Shown: positions 51,771-64,000 of the stretch, piece by piece
How the letters are laid out: each line of letters starts with the position of its first letter
Numbering within the stretch: position 1 is the first letter of the stretch
DNA from: Squalus acanthias
Taxonomy: Eukaryota
Reading direction: 5' to 3'
Assembly (NCBI GenBank): GCA_030390025.1
Contig: CM059432.1
Span: 78,494,001 to 78,558,000, forward strand
Length of the DNA stretch: 64,000 nucleotides
The notes under the pieces: model-generated
Told to the model about the DNA's origin: nothing
Database searches by the model: none
Seen by the model: only the letters and a program-made list of their open reading frames with translations
Translations under genes and position numbers: made by a program

Positions 51771-52165
51771 AATCTCTTCTGATTTATAAGGTGCGCATGG
51801 TGTAAGCATGCACTGCATATATGGATAAAGTTGGATTGGAAAGTTTGCTTTGTGGTTGCTTTTATTTCAGCATTGTGGCCAAGAGGATGATGCAGTAACA
51901 GAGGGGAAGGTAAGGTGTGGGACAAATGTTAAAAGGGGAATTGGGGTTGTGCTCACTGGTACCACAGGCAGATGATTCCATCCCGGATATCCTGGCCAGA
52001 AAGGGGCAGTCTGGGTTGAATCCTTCCTTCTGCTTCCTCCTCTTTTGCTTCTTCACCTTCTGCTTCTTCCTCTCCCCTCTGTGAACGGATGCTGTAAATC
52101 TAAAATAAAAGCAGAACATGCTGGAAATACTCAGCAAGTCAGGCAGCATCTTGACCTGAGACATT

Positions 52166-53010
52166 GGGCAGAATCTTACCTGGAAGGCTGAGTTCGAGGC
52201 GGGACTGCTGGTTTTCGGGTTCCAGTCCCACCCCCAGCGACGTCTGACGAACTGACGCTATTTAGCCCTGATTGGCCTTGTTAAGCCCACCCTGTGGGCT
52301 TGCTGGCCAATTAAGGGAAAGCCGGTGTCAGATGACCTCAGTTGATGCCGCTTCATCTGCCGGTTTTCTTAAAGGCATATGCACCACACTTGTTTGACAG
52401 ATGATTTGACAGCATTGAGGTGCTGTCAAACACTGGCAATCACTGTCCAAAGGTGAGCCCTTGCACCCTGGCTATCCAATTACTCTCTCCTTAGGATAAA
52501 ACAGATGGCAGCTGCAGCTGAGATTGCAGAAGCCATCTGTCACTTCTCCCGATGAGATGAGCCTAAACAAACACTTCACAGCTTGTCACCTGCAGAAACA
52601 TCTAACCACATTAAAAATTACTTTCACAACTTTTCCTTACCTCTGTTACTAACCTATGTCCCATTGCATCCTTCACACCACTTCTGCAGCTGTCATCCAA
52701 ACACCAACATAACAACAGACCCACAGCACACCTCACTTCCCCTGGCGGGGTTCCCCGACGTCGGGAAGCCCGCAGCAGCAGTCAAAAAATTGGAAAAAGC
52801 CTCTTAACTGCTTGTTAACAGGCAGTTTAATGGCTATAATCCTCTTCCCGCCGCTAGGAGTCGGGTCCCTGCTCAAATCGGGGACCCGACTCCCAGGAAG
52901 ATTGGTTGGAGGCAGGTTGGGAGTGGGTTTGGGACCCGCTCCCATTTTTGGGGATTTTCCCAGCAGTCCCGCCTCCAGACCCACCTCCTCAGGGCTGGTA
53001 AAATCCAGCC
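52166..53010. mobile_element. Harbinger-type MITE
   Basis: TIRs GGGCAGAATCTTACC / GGTAAAATCCAGCC; splits a PLE-tail hairpin; TSD not clean. Confidence 0.7.
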
Positions 53011-53967
53011 AAAAAACTCTGTTTCTCTCTCCACGGATGCTGCCTGACCTGCTGAGTATTTCCAGCATTTTCTTTTTTTTTCGTTCCTGGGATGTGGGCC
53101 AATATTTATTCAATTTTGCTTACAAGTCGATTATGTAGTATTTTGTCAAACGCCTTTTAAAAGTCCATATACACAACATCAACTGCACTACCCTCATCAA
53201 CCCTTTCTGTTATTTCATCAAAGAACTCAATCAAGTTCGTTAAACATGGCATGCCTTTAAAAAATAACAGCTGACTTTCATTCATTAGCCCATCATTTTC
53301 CAAGTATCAATTAATTTTGTCCCAGATTATTGTTTCTAAAAGTTTCCCCACCCCCGATGTTAGGCTGACTGGCCTGTCATTGTGAGTTTATCCCTCTCCA
53401 CCTTTTTGAAGAGGGGTATAACATTTGCAATCCTCCTGTCCTCTGGCACCACCCCATAACTAGGAGGATTAGAAGATTGTGGCCAGAACCACCACAATTT
53501 CCACTCTTACATCCCTCAGTAACCTCTGATGCATCCCATCAGGACCGGTGACTTTTCTACTTTGAGCGCTGCCAACCTTTTAAGTGTCTCCTCTTTTTCT
53601 ATTTTTATCCTATCCAATATCATTGCTACATCCTCCTTTACTGCTACATTGGCAGCATCTTCTTCTTTAGTGAAGAAAGATGCAAAGTACTCATTTAGTA
53701 CCTCAGCCTCCACAAGAAGATCTCCTCTTTGGTCCTGAATCGACTCCACCCTTCCTTTGACTACCCTTTTACTAATTATATGTTTATAGAAGACTTTTGG
53801 GTTCCCTTTTGTGTTAGCCACTAATCTATTCTCATACTCTCTCTTTGTCCCTCTTATTCCTTTTTTAGATCTCCTCTGTACTTTCCCTGTTCAGCTTGGT
53901 TCTCTATTGTATTATAAACCATACATTTGTCATAAGCCTCCTTTTTCTGTTTTATTTTAATCTCTGT

Positions 53968-56320
53968 GGGGGCTAAATTCAATAACCCCCAAAAACCGGC
54001 ACAGGTATCGCGATGCACAATTAGCCCGCGCCTGTTGAGTCTGATGCAGGCAGCACACAAACTTTGTGCTGCCTGCTAATTTAAATTATTTTAGCGTGCA
54101 GCCCAGCGCTAAATGCGCTGTTGAGTGGCTGCACGCCTGAGCAGGGGTCCAATTTTGTGACAGGTTGGCACCAGTTAAAGCCAACCTGCATCTCTTAAAT
54201 GGGAGGTGCATTCTGGCTGGAGCAGGTGCTGGAAGTGGCTGCGAAAAAGAGTCTGCCCTGCAAGAACACTGACTAATGGCACAACAGGGGAGAGAGTGTG
54301 CTCCAAGGTTTTCAGACGCTGGACTAGAGGCCTAGGTGGAGGAGGTAGACAGGAGGAGAGGGGTCCTCTATACACAGAGGGCCAGGATGCCTCCAGACAA
54401 ACTCTGCGAAGGCAGTGGGAGCAGGTAGCCATGGCGGTCAATGCCAGAAGTTAAGCCCTGAGGGCCTGGATGCAGTGCCACAAAATGTTCAATGACCTCA
54501 CACAAGTGGTCATGGTCAGCGAATTCATCCTCAACTGGCATATCTCACCAACTGCACCACTAGCCTCACACACTGCTCAATGCACCACACCCCCATCACT
54601 CACCTACCAACAATCTCTAGCAATCACCACTCATACCTCACATTCATAGCTCCATTCACCCTCACACATTTTCCATTGCTGCAAGCCTCACACCACATCT
54701 CACAGCTTGAAAACATTGTCAGCTATTCAACCATGACAGGCACATCACCCAAACACATTGCACCACATTCACTGACACACTTCCCTCTCTCTTGTAGGAC
54801 CAGTAAGCACATAACTGATGGCAGCAGGAGTTATCCAGTAGGGGACAGGCACACCTTATCCGATGGAGGAGACAGTGGTCAACATCATTGGAGCGGCCAT
54901 TACTGAGCCTGTGGCCAGTGGCAGGGCTGAACAATTGAATATGACAGTATCCTCCTACATAATCGTCCTTCTCACAACCCACTTCCCCCTCATCCCACAA
55001 TCTCTTCTGATTTACAAGCTACAGAGAATGTAAGCATGCACCTCTTGCTTTCCCCCCTCCCCTCAACACAGCTCTACCCTTGTGCCTTTCTCCTTTCAGA
55101 TACCCAAGAACTAAAACCTAGCCAGGCAGCGGTGGAGGAGCAGGAACTGAAAGAGGAAGAAGGCAGTGATGCTGAAGACACAGCACTGTCACTCAATTTC
55201 ACACTCGCAGCCAGCAGCTCGGATACTGACACGCCGTGTACTTTAGAGGATAGCTTAGAAGCGGGACCTGCATGTGGTGAGACACCGGGCATGAGTGGCC
55301 TGCAGTGCAGTCAATGGTATCCTGCACCATGAGAAGCCTACAATCCTTGCAAAGCTATGTGCTCACTCCGCCTGCTGTTCTCTGGCCGAGAGATAGAAAT
55401 GTATTTAGCTCTCTTCGAATACAGAGCCTCAGTTACCTCCCTTATGCAACAGTGGACAGCAAACTGGGAGATGTTGCAAATATCTCCTGCTTCAGCCTGA
55501 AAGGAGTTGACATATAAAGTCCATGGCCACCATGACGTTTACAACCACTGGCAATCCGGTCCTCACCCTGCTCTGAGGCTGCAGTTGTGGCTGCAGCAGG
55601 TGGCAGATTTCAGTGAAGATGTCCTTGGTGAAGCACAGACGTCTTACACACTGTTCCTCGCTGAGGTTCAGGTAGGAGAATTCCTCCCTGAACACCCTGG
55701 GTGGATATGGCCTACTGCTGAGAGCCCTTCTCCCCCTCCTCCCTCTTCCAGCAGCTTGTCCTGTTCCGTATCCCCTCTGCTCATTCTCCCTGTCATGCTG
55801 CAGGCCAAGTGGAATGCCTACTAGTGCACCCACGTCTTGGAGCAAGTGGTCTGTGCAGATTCCTTGAAGTCAGACAAAGTCCTTCAGCACCTGCCACACC
55901 ACTCTCTGTAGACTTTAGCAACTTGAAATAACTGTACAAACCACCAAACACTTCTACAAACTCAGCAACAGCTAGTAGGAATCAAACAGCAACTAACCTG
56001 CAAGTAGTTGATGATCCCTTTAAATAGTGCTGGTGGGGTGGTCCTTCCTGCTGCTGAACGCGTCTTCAGCTGTGTGACCTTAAGAGAGGGTGTTAGCTGG
56101 AGTGTTGAGCTCCGAAATGGCTGCGCTGGCGTCAAATCAGCATTGTAAGCTGATTGACCTCACAATCTGCCTACTCTGCATACTTCCGGCGGACACTCCC
56201 TGCTAATGATCTGACCAAGATGGCGTCCGGTGCGGCCCACACCAGAAGCGTGTGCACGCATCATTTTGGAACACTTGTAGTGCCCAAACAACGGGAGCTA
56301 CTGAGCCGAATTTTGCAGCC
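53968..56320. mobile_element. Internally deleted Harbinger (Myb remnant +, transposase N-terminus -)
   Basis: TIRs GGGGGCTAAATTC / GAATTTTGCAGCC, flanks TGT/TAT; RQWEQVAMAVNARS; YPPRVFREEFSYLNLSEEQCVRRL. Confidence 0.82.
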
Positions 56321-56419
56321 TATATCTTTAGTCATCCAGAGAGCTCTAGCTTTGGATGCCCTTCCTTTCCCCCTTGTGGGAATGTGTCTACTCTGTACCC
56401 GAATTATCTCCTTTTTGTT

Positions 56420-56477
56420 ATTATTCGTTCCTGGGATGTGGGCGTCGCTGGCAAGGCCAGCATTTATTGCCCATCCC
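56420..56477 (-). mobile_element. Short tail fragment of the 5026-9757 LINE/SINE family
   Basis: Reverse complement of GGGATGGGCAATAAATGCTGGCCTTGCCAGCGACGCCCACATCCC. Confidence 0.75.
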
Positions 56478-57809
56478 TTTGAAGGCCTCCCATTGTTCAA
56501 TTGCTGTTTTGCCTACCAATTTTTGAGTCCAATCCACCTGGACTGGATCCCCAACTTATTGAAATTAGCCCTCTCCAGTTAAGTATTTTAATGTTTCATT
56601 GTTCCTTGTCCTTTTCCATTACTATTCTAAACCTGATGATATCATGATCACTGTTCCCAAATGCTGCCTAACTGAAACATGCTCCACTTTCCCCACTTCA
56701 TTCCCCAGAACTAGATCCAACACTACTTCATTCTTCGTTAAGCTGGAAATACGCTGATCAAGAAAGTTCTCTTGTACACATTTTGGGCATTCCTCCCCCT
56801 CTTTCCCCTTTACACTGTTACTATCCCAGTCTATATTAGGATAATTGAAGTCCCCATTATCACTACTCTATAGTATATACCCAGTAGTGTAATAGCTCCT
56901 CTATTGTTCCTGAATTCTAACCAAATAGATTCTGTCTTTGACCCCTCAACTACATCATTCCTTTCCAGTGCTAGAAGAGTTTTTTTGATCAATACTGCCA
57001 CCCCTCCTCCTCTTATTTCTTCCCTATCTTTCCTGAATACCTTGTAGCCAGGAATATTAAGTTCCTAATCCTCCCCTTCTTTGAGCCAGGTCTCTGTAAT
57101 TGCCACTATAGCATAGTCCCATGTGGCGACTTGTGCCTGCATCTCCCCAGCCTTATTTACCATGCTACATACATTTACGCACATGCACTCCAAACCCATC
57201 TTAGACCGTCTCATATTTGGCCCCCGTCTGATCCCTCCTATTTCTGAACTATTCTTTATTCTAGTGTTATTTGCCTCTCCCAGTCTTCTGTGGACCTTGT
57301 TTCTCCTCTCAAATCTTTCATCCTGGTCCCCAGCCCCCTGCCAAATTAGTTTAATTCCTCCCCCACAGCACTAGTTAAACTCCCCATGAGGACATCGGTC
57401 CTAGCCCTGTTGAGATGCAACCCATAGATCTTGAACAGGTCCCTCCTGCCCCAGAACTGGTCCCCAAGCCCCAGGAATCTGAAGGGCTCCCTCCTAAACC
57501 ATTTCTCCAGCCACATGTTAACCTACTATTCCTATACTCACTAGCGTATGGCACTGTGAGTAATCCAGAGATTCCTACCTTTAAATCCTGTTTCCTCTCT
57601 AGCTCCTGAAACTCTGACTGCAGGACCTCAACCCTTTTCCTTCCTATGTCATTGGTTCCCACAGGACCACAACTTCTGGCTGTTCCCCTTCCCCCCTCAA
57701 AATGTTCTTCACCCTCTCAGTGATGTCCTTTACCCTGGCACCAGGGAGGTAACACACCATGCAAGACTCATGTCAACAGTTGCAGAAACACCTATCTGTC
57801 CCCCTGACT

Positions 57810-58272
57810 TCCCACTGTGGCTCAGTTGGTAGTACTCTCGCCTCTGAGTCAGAAGGTTGTGGGCTCAAGTCCCACTCCGGAGACTTGAGCACAAAAATTT
57901 AGGCTGACACTCCAATGCAGTACTGAGGGAGTACTGCATCATTGAAGGTGCTGTCTTTTGGATGAGACATTAAACCAATCTGCCCTCTCAGGTGGATGTA
58001 AAAGATCCAATGGCACTATTTCGAAGAAAAGCAGGGGAGTTATCCTCGGTGTCCTGGCCAATAATTATCTCTCAATCAACATCACGGTAACAGATTGTCT
58101 GGTCATTATCACATTGCTGTTTGTGGGAGCTTCCTGTGTGCAAGTTGGCTGCCATGTTTCCTACTTTACAACAGTGACTACACTTCAAAAAGTATTTCAT
58201 TGGTTGTAAAGCGCTTTGGGACGTCCGGTGGTCGTGAATGACACTATATAAATACAAGTCTTTCTTTCTTCT
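57810..58272 (+). mobile_element. DeuSINE (SacSINE1/AmnSINE-like), full length
   Basis: tRNA head TGGCTCAGTTGGTAG...CAAGTCCC, Deu domain GGATGAGACATTAAACC...CAGGTGGATGTAAAAGATCC, L2-type tail TATATAAATACAAGTC(TTTC)n. Confidence 0.85.
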
Positions 58273-59446
58273 TGACTATTGAATCACCTATAACCACTGT
58301 ATTCCTACACTTTGTTGTGCCCCCCTGTGCAGTCCTTTGCCCCACAGTGCTATGCTCCAGACTGCAATCCTTCAAGGTGTCATCACCCTCACCGGTATTC
58401 AAAACTAAAAATTGGTTAGTGCGCCATACTCCTGGAGGATTCCTGCACTGCCTGCTTCTTCCTACCCTCCCGGATGGGCACCCACTTGAGCTATCCGTGA
58501 CTGTGGGGTGACCACCTCCTGGAACGTACGAGCCAGGAAATGTTCAGCCTCCTGTCTGCCCTGCAGTGAATCTAGCCGCTCTTCAAGCTCAGAAACCCTG
58601 AGCTCGAGCTCGAACAGCTGAAGGCACTTCCTGCATGCGTGGTTATCTGGGAGACCTGAAGCGTCCTGGAGTTCCCACTTGGCACAGGAATTGCAGGCAA
58701 CGGTCTCAACTGTCCCTCCATTTTATTTAGAGTTTACTTCACACCTCTTATTTTATATATATATATATATATGTTTTATCTTAGGACTCCTTTAACTCTT
58801 ATTTATTAATTTAATATTTATGTATACCAGATTCTTATTTAATACAATTTTGGATCCTTTTAGTGTTAGTAGTTTAGTTCACATTAATTCCTTCAGCTTT
58901 AAATGCATCCAGACAAGAGAAAGCTGCTTAATAATATAATTATAGTGACATTTATAAACAATGTACTAAATTGACTGTAACATTTTATGAGCAGTTAAGT
59001 GCAGTGACCTTTACAGCACAGTGACCTCATCTAAAAATGGCAAAATACCATCAGTGTGACAGGTGTGTACTCATAGGTTACATCAAAGAACAAGATCAGT
59101 CTGAATGAAAAGCCTGCTTGAAACACCAGTTCAAGTCCTCTATCTGAATCTTTCAAATTATAATTAAAGGGAGACATTACTGTTTTTGTTTTTAGATAAC
59201 GTTAAATTTCATGTCTTGCCTAAATGTGAGGAGAATCTGATGTGTAGTTTTCCTCTGCTATTCCACCAAGACCTGCTGTTTCAAATTTGAAATTCAGTAC
59301 AGAGCTGCTCAGCAGATATCAGCAGTGGATCTGTCACTAAGTGGTTCTTATAATGTTAGTGCTGCATGGGATTCTAAATCCAAGATGCCAATCAGGAAAT
59401 ATCAGTGTTTGTGAAATTCATTACCAGCTGAATATTACTGTAGTAA

Positions 59447-61885
59447 GAACATAAGAACATAAGAAATAGGAGCAGGAGTAGGCCAATCGGCCCCTCGAGC
59501 CTGCTCCGCCATTCAATAAGATCATGGCTGATCTGATCCTAACCGCCAATCTACTATCTATCACAGAACCATCTCCTGCATCTAACAGAATTGCACACAC
59601 GAAATAGGAGCAGAATCAGGCTACACAGTCCCTGGGCCCGCTCCACTACCCACAGGGCCATGACCGATCCGAACCTAGACTCATGTCCAAATTCCTGCCC
59701 GCTCCCCGTAACCCTTAATGCCCTTTACTTCTAGGAAACTGTCTATTTCTGTTTTAAATTTAATTAATGTTGTAGCTTCTACAGCTTTTTGTGGCAGCAT
59801 ATTCCATGGACCTACCACCCTCTGAGTGAAGTAGTTCCTCCTCATCTCAGTTTTGAAAGAGCAGCCCCTTATTCTAAGACTATGTCCCCTAGTTCTCATC
59901 TCACCCATCATCGGGAACATCCTCCCCGCATCCACCCGATCCAACCCCTTCACAATCTTATATGTTTCAATAAGATCGCCTCTCATTCTTCTGAACTCCA
60001 ATGAGTAGAGTCCCAATCTACCCAACCTCTCCTCATATGACCACCCCCTCATCCCCGGGATTAACCGAGTGAACCTTTTTTGCACTGCCTCGAGAGCAAG
60101 GATGTCTTTCCTTAAGTAAGGACACCAAAACTGTATGCAGTATTCCAGGTGCGGTCTCACCAATACCTTGTACAACTGAAGCAATACCTCCCTATTTTTA
60201 TATTCTATCCACCTAGCAATGAAAGCCAACATTCCATTTGCCTTCTTAATCACTTGCTGCACCTGCATACTAACCTTTTGAGTTTCGTGCACCAGGACCC
60301 CCAGATCCCTTTGCACTTCAGTACTCTCCAGTTTCTTGCCATTAAATAATAAATTGCTCTAGGATTTTTCCTGCCAAAGTGCATCACCTCACACTTTCCA
60401 GTGTTGTATTCCATCTGCCAAATCTCTGCCCACTTACTTAGCCTGTCTATGTCCCCTTGCAGGTTTTTTATGTCCTCCTCACTCACTACTTTCCCTCCCA
60501 TCTTTGTATCATCTGCAAATTTTGATATGTTACACTTGGTCCCTTCCTCCAAATCGTTAATATAATTGTGAAGAGTTGGGGACCCAGCACTGACCCCTGT
60601 GGAACACCACTAGTTACTGATTGCCAGTCTGAGAATGAACCATTTATCCCAACTCTTTGCTTTCTGTTAGATAGCCAATCCTCTATCCATGCCAGAATAT
60701 TACCCCCAATCCCGTGATTTTTTACCTTAAGCAATAATCTTTTGTGTGGCACCTTGTCAAATGCCTTTTGGAAGTCTAAATACACTACGTCCACTGGTTC
60801 CCCTTTATCCACTCTATATGTTACTTCCTCAAAGAACTCCAGCAAATTTGTCAAACATGACTTCCCCTTCGTAAAACCATGCTGACTTTGTCCTATTAAA
60901 TTATGATTATCCAAATGTCCTGTTACTGTTTCCTTAATAATGGACTCCAAAATTTTACCTACCACAGATGTTAGGCTAACCGGTCTATAGTTACCAGCCT
61001 TCTGTCTACTGCCCTTTTTAAATAAGGGTGTTACATTAGCAGTTTTCCAGTCTGCCGGGACCTTAGCGGAATCCAGGGAGTTTTGAAAAATTATTACCAA
61101 TGCATCTACAATCCCTACCGCCACTTCCTTCAAGACTCTAGGATGTAAGCCATCAGGTCCAGGTGATTTATCCGCCTTGAGTCCCATTATTTTACCGAGT
61201 ACCACTTCCTTAGTGATTTTGATCGTGTTTAGCTCCTCTCCCCCTATAGCCCCCTGTTTGTCCAGTGTTGGGATATTCTTAGTGTCCTCTACTGTAAAGA
61301 CTGATACAAAATATTCATTCAGTGTTTTTGCCATCTCCATATTTCCCACCATTAATTTCCCGGTCTCATCCTCTAAGGGACCAACATTTACTTTAGCCAC
61401 CCTTTTTCTTTTTATATAACTATAAAAACTCTTACTATCTGTTTTTATATTTTTTGCTAATTTACTTTCATAATCTATCTTCCCTTTCTTAATCAATCTT
61501 TTTGTTATTTTTTGCTGCCTTTTAAAGTTTTCCCAATCCTCTGTCCTCCCACTAGAATTCGCTACCTTATATGCCCTTGTTTTTAGTCGAATACTATCCT
61601 TAATTTCTTTACTTAGCCACGGATGACTGCCCTTTCTTTTACACCCTTTTCTTTTGAGTGGAATATATTTTTTTTGGAAGTTGTAAAATAACTCTTTGAA
61701 TGTACACCACTGATCATGTGTCGTCTTACCCTTTAATCTATTTTCCCAATCCACTCTACTCAATTCCGCTCGCATACCTTCATAGTCTCCTTTATTCAAG
61801 CTTAGCACGCTTGTTTGAGATCCAACCTTCTCACCCTCTAATTGAATATGGAATTCAACCATGTTATGGTCACTCATTCCAAGTA
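59447..61885 (-). mobile_element. CR1 LINE, 5'-truncated, frameshifted RT
   Basis: ORFs 60486-61907, 60250-60552, 59681-60316; (TTCTTATG)n tail. Confidence 0.93.
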
Positions 61886-61949
61886 GTGCTCTCAGCAAGG
61901 AGCTCACATAATGTCACAAACAAATAAGTGAAGTTAATGTGGTTTATAG

Positions 61950-62042
61950 AGCACACTGAAACCTGAAATCAGACTACTGCCTTGCAATTGTTGCCATGTT
62001 GTCTTTGATAATACTAATGGATCTCCCTTGATGTTGCTCACA
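61950..62042 (+). CDS. Candidate coding exon (STLKPEIRLLPCNCCHVVFDNTNGSPLMLLT)
   Basis: Consensus donor CA|gtaagt, 93-nt open frame, moderate acceptor. Confidence 0.35.
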
Positions 62043-62174
62043 GTAAGTCGGATGATATATTGTTTTATAAGGACAGGAGTGTTATATCATTTAATGCACA
62101 ATGTATTATCCTGAAGCTAAGATGTTGCTTTAAGGCTACAATGTCTAATTATTGTTAAGTAAACACTGCTTTAG

Positions 62175-62248
62175 GTTAATCAGAGCTTAATTGCATTTTG
62201 TAATGGGACCATGGAGATTGGAAAATGCTCATCAGTTTCAGATTCCAG
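62175..62248 (+). CDS. Candidate coding exon (VNQSLIAFCNGTMEIGKCSSVSDS)
   Basis: Acceptor ctgctttag, donor CAG|gtcaga, in phase with 61950-62042. Confidence 0.28.
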
Positions 62249-62571
62249 GTCAGAAGCACCCAGCTTCAAATGACTGCCTTTCTTTCTTTTTAAAAGATTG
62301 TTTTGCATTTGTAAGAAAGTGTGACAGAGAAAATGTGTGCGCATACAATGTAACTAATGAATCCTGCACAGGACAATTAAGAGGTTGCAAACGTCCTGAC
62401 AGTGATAGTTTATGTTCTTCGAGAGTTTGTTTCTTTGTACTTTACTTTTTGGTGTGATACAGTGTTAGTGTGACACTGAAGCCTAACAGAGGAATGTGAA
62501 GGATAAAAGATGCTTGCTAGCTATAGCTTTTTTATAATATTGCTAGCTAATTTCCCATGTTGCTACTCACT

Positions 62572-62916
62572 GGGCTGGATTTTCATTGACCCGTGGAGGC
62601 GGGTTTGGAGGCGTGTGGGGGGTTAAAGTTGTGAAAACTGGCGGGCGGGCACAAGCCCGCCTCCATCCCGCCTCCACGCAATTTTCATGAAATCGTGTCT
62701 GCTTGTCCCACCTCCGTCCCGCCTCTAAGAGACGGGATAGGCTGTTAAGGCCCTTAACAAGCACTAAATTGGATCTATAATGCCATTTTGAAAGGCCTTT
62801 GTGATTTTAACCCTTGTTCTACGTGAAGCACGCCTGTTCTGAACCATGATTACGAAACCTGGCGGGAGCACATTTGGCTGGCTGGGAGACATATCTGGAT
62901 GGATGGATGAGGAGGA

Positions 62917-62947
<31 letters not shown>

Positions 62948-63260
62948 CTCTCTCTCTCTCTCTCTCAAAAAATATCTGGGAGCAGACTTAGGACTGCTGC
63001 TGCTCATTTTGCATCCAGGTCCTCTCACAGCAAAGGCCAGGCAGTCTCTGAAGACCTTCAATGCAGCAGCAATGATGACATCATCAGAGGCGACTTTCAG
63101 ACTGAAAACACTAATTGGTTCATGGGTTCCCACATACTGGAACTCAATTGCCCAATTAGGTGAAAATTGCATCAATCTCCCACATCCATTTGCAGTCGGG
63201 TGGATAACACGAAAAGTGGATAACACGACCCCAACCCGCCCCAGTATCAAAATCCAGCCC
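62572..63260. mobile_element. Harbinger-type MITE containing a (CT)n microsatellite
   Basis: TIRs GGGCTGGATTTT / AAAATCCAGCCC, TSD ACT. Confidence 0.87.
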
Positions 63261-63425
63261 ACTGTGTCCGTTGTGTTTAAGCATGGAAACATGAAGCACA
63301 ATAGTCTTCTTCTACTAAAGTGCAGGTTTGGGGCTCGGGGCGCTAACGGGAAGCGCAAAGCAACCAAATTTTTTCCCCATAGTGTCTCTGTCCTTCATTT
63401 GTTATACCTACATATATTACATTTT

Positions 63426-63443
63426 TGGCGACGAAAATGGGAT
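63426..63443 (+). promoter_or_regulatory. Primer-binding site, probably tRNA-Ser
   Basis: TGGCGACGAAAATGGGAT just after the LTR end; resembles the complement of a vertebrate tRNA-Ser(GCT) 3' end (recalled, not searched). Confidence 0.65.
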
Positions 63444-63556
63444 CCCAAAGCCATTTTTAAGGGTCATGGAAGGACACATTGTTCAACCTTCCAGTGGAAA
63501 AGTTTAAGGTACACAGGTAGCGTGCTGAGTCACTGTTTGACAGGATTGGGACAATC

Positions 63557-64000
63557 ATGGCTGCGCCTACGGGATTCATCAGAAGCCTCGGCATGTATGA
63601 CTGCGCTCACGAACCATTCAGTTCTTACATTGCGCGGATGGAGATGTTTTTTAAGGCCAGTAACATTATTGAGACTGAAGGAGCAGATGAGAATGTTCAA
63701 GCTCAAAATAAAGTAATTCATGAACGGAAAAAAGCAATTTTTCTAACTGAGATCGGGCCAGATGTCTACGGAACATTGACAAACCTACTCGCACCAGGGA
63801 AAGCGAAGGATGTGTCGTTTGAAGATATTGTCAAGAAACTCGAGGTTCATTTCGATCCAAAGCCGTTAGAAATAGCAGAGAGCTATAAGTTTGGTACCAG
63901 AAACCAAAAATGAAGTGAAATCATGTGTGAGTACGTTGTAGCTCTTAAGAACCTGTCTTTGCATTGTAACTGCGGCACATTTTTCGATTGTGCGTTGCGA
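63557..64000 (+). pseudogene. Gypsy Gag with in-frame stop at 63911-63913
   Basis: SYIARMEMFF, KKAIFLTEIG..Y..L..L..P, HF.P, F..RNQK*, then EYVVALK.L...C. Confidence 0.8.

Larger units (their letters stand above)
50916..53073. mobile_element. Reverse-oriented fragment of the non-autonomous Harbinger family, with two nested MITEs
   Basis: Reverse complement matches 14040-14140, 13340-13640 and 26730-27140. Confidence 0.72.
53120..58720 (-). mobile_element. Old CR1 LINE (ORF1, EN, RT remnants) with nested Harbinger and DeuSINE
   Basis: GTNDIGRKR esterase remnant, NPKVFYKHI..F...FTKE, sequence continuity across insertions. Confidence 0.8.
62558..64000 (+). mobile_element. Gypsy/Ty3 LTR retrotransposon 5' end (LTR ~62558-63421 split by MITE, PBS, gag)
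   Basis: TGT...ACA LTR ends, PBS immediately after, gag-like ORF. Confidence 0.8.

Noticed and set aside
59196..59225. Further micro-exon candidates (also 23043-23102 and from 47346)
   Set aside because: Acceptor-like sites exist, but donors or frames are too weak or ambiguous to call.
5940..61927. Many short antisense or alternative-frame ORFs overlapping LINE and PLE coding regions
   Set aside because: Shadow frames of retroelement ORFs with no independent evidence.
62819..63716. Long ORFs of 182 and 280 aa
   Set aside because: They cross a (CT)n microsatellite, MITE and LTR boundaries and have no recognisable domain.

Overview
Eukaryotic, repeat-dense vertebrate DNA. It is most likely a cartilaginous fish (shark-like), inferred from an HE1/V-SINE-type and a DeuSINE (SacSINE1-like) SINE plus abundant CR1 LINEs. 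It is not prokaryotic: no operons, CRISPR or rRNA were seen. Most of the window is nested mobile DNA: about ten CR1 LINE copies (one essentially full length with ORF1 and ORF2), an RTE LINE, L2 remnants, Penelope-like elements (RT + GIY-YIG) whose tails carry minimal hammerhead-ribozyme motifs and often form large fold-back palindromes, several PIF/Harbinger transposons (transposase plus a convergent spliced Myb/SANT gene) with their MITEs, an unclassified TIR element, and the start of a Gypsy LTR element. The short unique islands hold several small splice-flanked open segments on the + strand that may be exons of an unidentified host gene. The most unusual observations are: (i) an EN-RT LINE whose 5' end is a tRNA-derived Pol III SINE head with no ORF1; (ii) TSD-flanked ribozyme-bearing Penelope palindromes and a 99-bp ribozyme-only insertion; (iii) a Penelope-tail hairpin captured and spread by a non-autonomous Harbinger family. 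Coordinates were read by eye, so ends of degenerate elements are approximate, and family names come from motif recognition rather than database searches.
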